A stretch of DNA of 22,661 nucleotides from contig CAZPWS010000051.1 of the NCBI GenBank assembly GCA_964590225.1, positions 1 through 22,661 on the forward strand, given 5' to 3'. This DNA comes from an uncultured Fibrobacterota bacterium. GTDB taxonomy: Bacteria; Fibrobacterota; OXYB2-FULL-49-7; JAEUSG01. Positions within the stretch are counted from its first letter, which is position 1, and the number at the start of each line of letters is the position of its first letter. The notes beneath the pieces were generated by a model. That model ran no database searches. It was not told the DNA's origin and saw nothing but the letters and a program-made list of their open reading frames with translations. The position numbers and the translations under genes are program-made. This document shows positions 16,476-22,661 of the stretch, in pieces.

Positions 16476-17039
16476 TTATTCTTTTTTTGCCTCGACTATC
16501 GATTCCACCTGAAAAACAAATAAATCAACATCATCACTTTTATAACTATCGGAGGAAAGACCTGCCTTTTGAGTACAGAGTATGGATAAAAAGGTATCGA
16601 TATCCCACCCAGTTTCGATGGCTACCTGCGGCAGAAAAACACCACTTCGTTGCCCTTTCCTTATCCAAACTCCATCAATGCCAAGATTTATCTCTTTGTA
16701 TGAAATTATTTTCTGCATTGGAGTGAGAATTGATATTTCAATAACAACATCTCCAAGCTCGCTTCTTGTAATCTTTTTAAAACGGTAGTCATTAAAAGCG
16801 GCCGCTTTAGCCATTTCCGCTACTGCCACATAAAGCGGATCGGAAGCAACCATTTGTCCTATGCAGCCACGAAGATTATTATTAAGCTTAAGCGTGACAA
16901 ATACAGCACGGCGCTCTCTCAGTTTTGGATTGGCTGGTTCTAAGCAAGGACATATACAGGATTTATCCAATGTTGAGGCAATTGACGCCCGTGCAATGTC
17001 AATAAGATATTTTTTTTCGTCATCAGTATATGTACTCAA
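16476..17039 (-). CDS. amrA: AmmeMemoRadiSam system protein A (AMMECR1 domain)
   Basis: 187 aa; RRAVFVTLKLNNNLRGCIGQMVASDPLYVAVAEMAKAAAFNDYRF and LPQVAIETGWDIDTFLSILCTQKAGL. Confidence 0.92.
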   Translation of the reverse strand: MSTYTDDEKKYLIDIARASIASTLDKSCICPCLEPANPKLRERRAVFVTLKLNNNLRGCIGQMVASDPLYVAVAEMAKAAAFNDYRFKKITRSELGDVVIEISILTPMQKIISYKEINLGIDGVWIRKGQRSGVFLPQVAIETGWDIDTFLSILCTQKAGLSSDSYKSDDVDLFVFQVESIVEAKKE

Positions 17040-17051
17040 GATAGTTCCCCT

Positions 17052-17888
17052 TTAGTTAAAAACCATGGCCGAATATCCCACTACACCATTAGCACGACTA
17101 TCCGGAACCGTGTCACCGCTTGTTTCATACATTATAAGCCTTCCATGCTCTTTATCAAGTTCGTTTAGAGCGGTGAAAAAAGCTATAAGAGCATAATAAG
17201 CACAAAGTTCGCATTCCCGCGATTCCAACAGTTGAAATAACATATCATAATCGCCACTTACTATAGAGCTTATAGCTTTCCGGTCCATCCGGAGAGCCTC
17301 ATCGTATTTATGATAATGAGACATATCTGTACTTACCACAATCAGTGTATCCATCCATTTTGTTTTAACTGCTTCAGCTATGGATTTTCCGAGTGCGACA
17401 AGAGCACTATGCTCATTTGTAGCAGTTAATATTGGTACAATTTGAGGCTGGTCCATATAATAGCGAATAAATGGAAATAGTGCTTCAAGCGAATGCTCTT
17501 TTTCGTGAATCTTTTTATCGAATTTCGCTTCTGTATTTTTCATAAGTAAAAAGTTAGCGATTTCCAAGTCTTGCTCAAGACTGCCAATGGGTGTATCCAC
17601 CTTTTCCCAGTCGGAAAAAGCGATTGTTCCATCAAGGTACTTGTGGCTTGTTCCAAGAAGTATAATCTTATCAATTTTTTTTCCACCAACAGCCTTAAAA
17701 CCAGAAGCTGCTGTTCTGCCGCTATACGCGTAACCGGCGTGCGGGACCATAAGCCCAAAAGGATTATCTATTTTATCCACCACAACAGCGGTATTGTCAA
17801 GCACATTAAGCGTGGCAAGAAGCTCATCTCTTTCGGAAGGATACCACAAACCACTTACCGCACATTTTCTTATGCTCTCTTTTCCCAT
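17052..17888 (-). CDS. amrB: AmmeMemoRadiSam system protein B (MEMO1 family)
   Basis: Start at ATG 17888 preceded by AAAGGAGATATACGGAAA; GLWYPSERDEL, LMVPHAGYAYSGRTAASGF, ILLGTSHKY, DTLIVVSTDMSHYHKYDEA. The ORF track gives 17921. Confidence 0.92.
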   Translation of the reverse strand: MGKESIRKCAVSGLWYPSERDELLATLNVLDNTAVVVDKIDNPFGLMVPHAGYAYSGRTAASGFKAVGGKKIDKIILLGTSHKYLDGTIAFSDWEKVDTPIGSLEQDLEIANFLLMKNTEAKFDKKIHEKEHSLEALFPFIRYYMDQPQIVPILTATNEHSALVALGKSIAEAVKTKWMDTLIVVSTDMSHYHKYDEALRMDRKAISSIVSGDYDMLFQLLESRECELCAYYALIAFFTALNELDKEHGRLIMYETSGDTVPDSRANGVVGYSAMVFN

Positions 17889-18907
17889 TTTCCGTATATC
17901 TCCTTTCCACAATTTCTGCACTTCCCGTCAACCATACTAATTGACTCTATACAATATCCCGATCTTGATACAGATGTAGATAAGCAGCGCGGACAGACTG
18001 TATTATCGTACTCAGAATTATGCATGTTTCCCGCATAAACAAAATTCATCCCCCTTTCTTTTGCCCTGTTGCAAATAGAGAGCACAAGTTCTGGAGGAGT
18101 CGGCTTATGGCCAAGAAGCTTAAATGAAGGGAAAAAACGGGAAAAGTGCAAAGGAACATCCACACCAAGATTTTTAATAACCCACTCAATCAATGCATCA
18201 ATTTCACCAATATCATCGTTCACTTGAGGTATGATAAGGTTCGTAATTTCCATGTGAATTTGTCGCTTCTTTATACTTAATAAAGTATCAAGTACCGGCC
18301 TCAATGAGCCGCCGGTATATTCATGATAAAAGGCTTCGGAAAATCCTTTGAGATCAATATTGGCAGCATCGATAAAAGGAGCAAGCTCCGTAAAAGGGGC
18401 AGGGTTTATAAATCCATTACTTACGAGAACTGTTAATAAGCCATTCCGTTTCGCTTCCACTGCGGTCTCAAGCACCATTTCAAATGAAACTATTGGTTCA
18501 CTATAAGTAAACGATATGCTTTGGCATCTATTTTTAAGTGCCTTATTGACCAATTCCATAGCGGATACTTTGTGTGCAAGAATTTCACCTGAATAGACCT
18601 GCGAAATTGAGCTGTTCTGACAAAACAGACACTTTAGATTACAACCAGCTGCACCCAAAGAGAGCGTTTTACTTCCAGGTAAAAAATGAAATAGTGGTTT
18701 TTTTTCAATTGGATCAATGTTTAACGCTACTACTTCATTATGTGTGGCCGCATAGAGATTTCCTGAGCAATTGATTCTTGCGCCGCACAAACCTCTTTTA
18801 CCTTCAGATATCCTGCACCCGTGCGGACAAAGAGTACAGATAACTGTTGAATTCTCTCCTTTTTCAAAATAGTTAGCCTGTTTCATATTACTTACAATAA
18901 AATACAT
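17870..18907 (-). CDS. amrS: AmmeMemoRadiSam system radical SAM enzyme
   Basis: 345 aa; GAAGCNLKCLFCQNSSIS (CxxxCxxC), upstream CTLCPHGCRISEGKRGLCG, C-terminal CPRC...CRNCG. Confidence 0.93.
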   Translation of the reverse strand: MYFIVSNMKQANYFEKGENSTVICTLCPHGCRISEGKRGLCGARINCSGNLYAATHNEVVALNIDPIEKKPLFHFLPGSKTLSLGAAGCNLKCLFCQNSSISQVYSGEILAHKVSAMELVNKALKNRCQSISFTYSEPIVSFEMVLETAVEAKRNGLLTVLVSNGFINPAPFTELAPFIDAANIDLKGFSEAFYHEYTGGSLRPVLDTLLSIKKRQIHMEITNLIIPQVNDDIGEIDALIEWVIKNLGVDVPLHFSRFFPSFKLLGHKPTPPELVLSICNRAKERGMNFVYAGNMHNSEYDNTVCPRCLSTSVSRSGYCIESISMVDGKCRNCGKEIYGKWEKRA

Positions 18908-18926
18908 ATCATCATTTATCTTATGT

Positions 18927-21116
18927 TTGATGCTTAAAATCGCCTACATATTTGCACTCGTAGTCTTAAAAGCCGCAATTTTTCCGGAAGGTGCGGTTAC
19001 AGATTTAAATTCTTCAAAATGGCTATCCGGTCCGCTGTTCGGCAGAGCAGGGATTTTCGATACCGTTTTTATTAAAAAGAATGGAATTAATAGGCCATTA
19101 TCTGAATCTGACAAGCCAGAAATAATAACGCTTCAGCCATTAGAAAAGTTTTACCTTACAGGAACGGCAAAAGTTGACATAACAGCTCTGGACAGGTCGT
19201 TGGACGCAATTAATGCAACGGTTGCCCATTCCCTTGGCATAAAAGGAAAGGGCGTTGCTATCGGAATATACGACACAGGCATCGACTGGACACATGCAGA
19301 TTTTACCAACAGCGATGGAACAACCCGCATAGCAGCTCTATGGGATCAATCCATTAATCCAAAGGGAACTGAGAAAAGTCCATCCTATAACAACTGTGGG
19401 TTTGGCGTAGAATATACCTCCGATGATATAAACAGGGAGCTACGGGGCGAAACAAATGGCAATGTCCGCTCCCGTGATTACAGTGGGCACGGAACCCATG
19501 TTGCCGCAATTGCCGCATCAAACGGACTCGCCCGCAATGAGCGAAGTCCTACTACCGGATACTCTGGAGTGGCTCCCGAGGCCTCACTAATAATTATCAA
19601 AGGCAGCTATGGCGATGGAGCGGTAAGTGCTGGCCTCGAATATATGGTTAAAAAGGCTGCCGATCTTGCTGTTCCGCTTTCTGTTAATTTTAGCTTTGGG
19701 GGGCACACCGGAGCTCATGATGGCACAAGTGAAACTGAAAAAAAGATTGATTCTCTTTTTAATGCAACCATTTCAGGGAGATTTATCACTGTTGCCGCGG
19801 GTAACGATAATCTTGATAGTATTCACTTATATAAATATTTCCAGCGGGGCGAAGACAAATGGGAGATCCCCTTTTCAATTGCTCCATATACCCCAGTGAC
19901 TGGACAATATAATGACGCGGTTGCCTTCTCTTTCTGGCATTCCGGAGGAAGAAACAACCGCATTACGGTATCTCTTTTAGGGCCAGATTCAAACGGAAAT
20001 CCAACAAGAGAGTTTGGTCCGTTTCAATACAGTCTAATGGCCCCCGCAAAAGGTCAATTGATAGACAGTCTTGGTTATGTGGAAGTATATAATGCTACAA
20101 ATACTGCGAACGGCAAGGATCAGATTATTGTCTATCTTGTTGATTCAATAGTGAATGAAAGACCTATACAGCCAGTTGAAGGCAACTGGAAAATTGTATT
20201 AACAAGATCAGGAACATCCTCAACCGGTGAAATCCATGGCTGGTACCTTACCCATCCTGAAGGTTTTGACCACACCTCAATACATGCATCGATACCTTCA
20301 GCCGACAACACACATTCAGTGGTAGTACCGGCAACCTCAAAGGAAGCGTTAACAACAGGAGGGTTTATATCAAAAAACCATTGGGTTGCGTCAACGGGCG
20401 ACACAGTGAACTACTATATGGCAGATTGGCCCTATTATCCAGGTATCGATACATTGCCTGTTGTTGGTTCGCTATACCCGGAAAGCAATGCCGGACCAAC
20501 AGTTGACGGCAGAATGAAGCCTGAAATTGTCGCTCCTGCGCAAGCCATCACGGCTTCAAGATCAATAAATCTTTCGTACAATGTAGCTGGTCTTAATTCG
20601 TGGGATACAATTCACCTCATAAATTCCGGTACAAGCATGGCGGCACCACATGTAGCTGGTGTTGCTGCCCTATTTCTTTCTATCAATCCTTCGCTTAACC
20701 AACAATCATTAAAAAGTTTGCTGATGCAATCCGCAAAACGGGATAACTACACCGGTGATAGCGCATCAAGCGCCTACTGGGGGGCAGGTAAACTATGGAT
20801 CGACTCAGAAATGTTTAGTAACGCTTCTAATAATCGCGTTCACATTGAAAAACAGCAGCCAATATTTATCTCTCCGAATCCCTTTTCGCGCTCAATTAAT
20901 ATCCACTTTAATGCCCCCAGTAGAGGGGTGTGGAAACTCAAAATTTTTTCCATAAACGGACAATTAATCTCTGCTTCAAGCCACGGAGTGGAAAAAATAG
21001 GCCACAATAAAATCAGATGGGTTAATAGCGACAGATACATCCATGAAAACATCCTTTTTATTACACTTTCAAACGAAACCCACCGATTTTGCAGCAAAAT
21101 TATCCAGTTAAAGTAA
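18927..21116 (+). CDS. secreted S8 (subtilisin-like) serine protease with C-terminal sorting-like domain
   Basis: 729 aa; triad motifs GIYDTGIDWTHADF, YSGHGTHVAAIAA, NSGTSMAAPHVAGVAALF; C-terminal ISPNPFSRSINIHFNAPSRGVWKLKIFSINGQLI..IIQL resembles type-A (Por/T9SS) secretion-sorting domains. TTG start; ATG 18930 is equally possible. Confidence 0.92.
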   Translation: MMLKIAYIFALVVLKAAIFPEGAVTDLNSSKWLSGPLFGRAGIFDTVFIKKNGINRPLSESDKPEIITLQPLEKFYLTGTAKVDITALDRSLDAINATVAHSLGIKGKGVAIGIYDTGIDWTHADFTNSDGTTRIAALWDQSINPKGTEKSPSYNNCGFGVEYTSDDINRELRGETNGNVRSRDYSGHGTHVAAIAASNGLARNERSPTTGYSGVAPEASLIIIKGSYGDGAVSAGLEYMVKKAADLAVPLSVNFSFGGHTGAHDGTSETEKKIDSLFNATISGRFITVAAGNDNLDSIHLYKYFQRGEDKWEIPFSIAPYTPVTGQYNDAVAFSFWHSGGRNNRITVSLLGPDSNGNPTREFGPFQYSLMAPAKGQLIDSLGYVEVYNATNTANGKDQIIVYLVDSIVNERPIQPVEGNWKIVLTRSGTSSTGEIHGWYLTHPEGFDHTSIHASIPSADNTHSVVVPATSKEALTTGGFISKNHWVASTGDTVNYYMADWPYYPGIDTLPVVGSLYPESNAGPTVDGRMKPEIVAPAQAITASRSINLSYNVAGLNSWDTIHLINSGTSMAAPHVAGVAALFLSINPSLNQQSLKSLLMQSAKRDNYTGDSASSAYWGAGKLWIDSEMFSNASNNRVHIEKQQPIFISPNPFSRSINIHFNAPSRGVWKLKIFSINGQLISASSHGVEKIGHNKIRWVNSDRYIHENILFITLSNETHRFCSKIIQLK

Positions 21117-21121
21117 TTTTT

Positions 21122-21150
21122 TTGTTGGTTTGGAGCTTTTGAGTTATATT
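21122..21150 (+). promoter_or_regulatory. putative sigma-70-type promoter upstream of flgM-like gene
   Basis: TTGTTG (21122-21127), 17-nt spacer, TATATT (21145-21150). Confidence 0.45.
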
Positions 21151-21201
21151 TTCCTTAAAGTTCCCATAATTTTTGCCGATATCCTTCTACAGGAGTAGTC
21201 T

Positions 21202-21513
21202 ATGAGAATAGGTGCAATTATTCAAAGCCTTAATGTTGAGAGCACAAAGAAGCTCGATCAGCAGAAGAAAACTACTGTTGAAAAGAGTTCTAAGGCTGTA
21301 AATACAGACTCCTCTTTTATTTCTGGGGACGCAAAAAGATTAAGCGAAAGCTCTGCCGACGCTTCAATAGTTAAGATGCGAGCTGCGCACGAACCAGAAA
21401 TCCGAATGGACAAGGTACAGGAAGTTCGCGAAAAGATAAAAAGCGGCTATTATAACTCCTCCGAATTTGCCGACATTTTAGCTGAAAAGATGATTAAAGA
21501 GTTCAAAATTTAA
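21202..21513 (+). CDS. flgM: FlgM-like anti-sigma-28 factor
   Basis: 103 aa; C-terminal RMDKVQEVREKIKSGYYNSSEFADILAEKMIKEF matches the FlgM core pattern. Confidence 0.82.
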   Translation: MRIGAIIQSLNVESTKKLDQQKKTTVEKSSKAVNTDSSFISGDAKRLSESSADASIVKMRAAHEPEIRMDKVQEVREKIKSGYYNSSEFADILAEKMIKEFKI

Positions 21514-21547
21514 TATATACCCTGTATAAGGGACGATTACAGAGGGG

Positions 21548-21583
21548 CCGGTTGAACAGAAAGCGTTTGACCGGTTTTTTATT
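21548..21583 (+). terminator. rho-independent terminator after flgM
   Basis: CCGGTTGAAC (21548-21557) - AGAAAGC - GTTTGACCGG (21565-21574), 10-bp stem allowing two G-U pairs, followed by TTTTTTATTTT. Confidence 0.85.
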
Positions 21584-22112
21584 TTAACCCGGCTAACTGG
21601 TTTTTATAGATAGCCCTCAGATTATTAAAAAACCTTAAATAGTGCTCACTTCCATAGTCTTTGTAGGTGTGCTCAAACGGCATAAAAGTCTTACCCTTAT
21701 ATCGCAGCGTCACCTCTTCGTATATACCATCACGGATATAAATTCTGCAAAAGTTGTCCTTTGTGGACGCAAGAAAAAGTTGTCCCAATGTAAGATAGCC
21801 TGGATCTAAATTGCAACACCGCGAGCCATCAGGAGAAAAGTATTCTTTTTCCATAACAATGGTTTTTCTTTTTATATCAGGAAGAGTTGTTCGATTGGCC
21901 AACTCATGAAAACCAACAAAAACTCTTTTTAGATTACTTCCCATTTCGTCCTTATAGTAGTCCGAAAATAAAGAGAAGTCAACAGAGGAGCTTTCTGTAT
22001 CGATGGCTCCAATCTTTTCTGTCAAAGCCTTCTTAACAATATTAAAATCCATTCCCTCAGAAAGAATTATTCCGCAGAACAATTTTACTAAAACAGGTTC
22101 TTTTTCTATCAT
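21579..22112 (-). CDS. DUF4416-like protein
   Basis: Start at ATG 22112 (MIEKEPVLVKLFCGIILSEG); conserved-looking FSLFSDYYKDEMGSNLKRVFVGFHEL, CCNLDPGYLTLGQLFLASTKDNFCRIYIRDGIYEEVTLRYKGKTFMPFEHTYKDY. The 22271 track start would run through the promoter region. Confidence 0.78.
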   Translation of the reverse strand: MIEKEPVLVKLFCGIILSEGMDFNIVKKALTEKIGAIDTESSSVDFSLFSDYYKDEMGSNLKRVFVGFHELANRTTLPDIKRKTIVMEKEYFSPDGSRCCNLDPGYLTLGQLFLASTKDNFCRIYIRDGIYEEVTLRYKGKTFMPFEHTYKDYGSEHYLRFFNNLRAIYKNQLAGLK

Positions 22113-22127
22113 AACAGTCCTATTTTT

Positions 22128-22156
22128 AAGATATAAAACAAAAATAAATATGTCAA
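22128..22156 (-). promoter_or_regulatory. putative promoter of the DUF4416-like gene
   Basis: On the minus strand TTGACA (22156-22151), 17-nt spacer, TATCTT (22133-22128). Confidence 0.55.
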
Positions 22157-22303
22157 CTTTTACGAACATATTTAAAAATACGCAGATAAAAAGGTTGTCA
22201 TGCAGCCTTGCTTGCCTGAAAAAGAGAGGCACGAGCCTTACATAGCAACCACGAATAATTAAACAAAGCAACGAACATAATTTACGAACAGATTATTAAA
22301 ACA

Positions 22304-22333
22304 TTGACTAGCGAAAACAGCATATTATATATT
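22304..22333 (+). promoter_or_regulatory. putative promoter of the small HTH protein
   Basis: TTGACT (22304-22309), 18-nt spacer, TATATT (22328-22333). Confidence 0.5.
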
Positions 22334-22370
22334 CCAATTATAGAAACCTTAACTGTATAGGAGGGTCAGA

Positions 22371-22661
22371 ATGGCAAGAATCTCGAAAGCTGAGCTTGTT
22401 AAGCTCCAGAAAACACTCAAGACGGACGCCCTTATTGGGGATAAGTTCGGTATTTCACGGCAGGCAGTTCACCAGCTCCGCCAGAAGTACGGTCTTGACT
22501 ACAACAAGACCAAAAACAAAGAGAGAAACGACAAAATCATGTCTCTCTACAAAAAGAATGTAACCGGGACAAAGATCGCCGAAGCAGTTGGCGTATCAAT
22601 TTCTCAGGTTTACCGTATCATTGCGATTGGCAAAAGAGCTGCAAAAAAAGGCAAGAAATAA
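22371..22661 (+). CDS. small basic protein with two helix-turn-helix-like segments
   Basis: 96 aa, RBS AGGAGGG; LIGDKFGISRQAVHQLRQKYGL and GTKIAEAVGVSISQVYRIIAIGKRAAKKGKK. Confidence 0.7.
   Translation: MARISKAELVKLQKTLKTDALIGDKFGISRQAVHQLRQKYGLDYNKTKNKERNDKIMSLYKKNVTGTKIAEAVGVSISQVYRIIAIGKRAAKKGKK

Noticed and set aside
22113-22271. 53-residue N-terminal extension of the DUF4416-like protein
   Set aside because: A plausible TTGACA-17-TATCTT minus-strand promoter lies inside this stretch and family-like sequence starts at MIEKEPVLVKLF (ATG 22112).
1-22661. CRISPR arrays, transposases/IS ends, tRNA or rRNA genes
   Set aside because: No regularly spaced repeats, transposase motifs or recognisable tRNA/rRNA sequence were seen on either strand; a covariance-model search was not possible here.

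Overview
The window is a bacterial chromosomal segment. Its most interesting part is a nine-gene, same-strand arsenic gene cluster (about 3.27-9.24 kb): arsR1 - ArsP/DUF318-like permease - small thioredoxin/glutaredoxin-like protein (ArsE-like) - ArsF-like CxxC protein - ArsG-like CcdA-fold membrane protein - arsM - arsR2 - LMW-PTPase-type arsC - acr3. It combines inorganic arsenic functions (ArsC, Acr3), methylation (ArsM) and a putative organoarsenical/nitroarsenical module (ArsP plus ArsEFG). The cysteine layout of the E, F and G proteins suggests a trans-membrane thiol relay rather than simple efflux (inference). The 100-nt gap between the permease and arsE contains a long imperfect hairpin. 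The left flank has a PLP aminotransferase and a secreted transglutaminase-like protein. The right flank has an outer-membrane-like protein, an ArgA-like GNAT, recO, a membrane-tethered AraC-type regulator, a BatD-like protein, a lipoprotein-ftsX-murein hydrolase activator operon, an intact AmmeMemoRadiSam trio, a subtilisin-like protease with a C-terminal sorting-like domain, flgM, a DUF4416-like protein and a small HTH protein. All product names come from motif and family recognition by eye; no database search was run.
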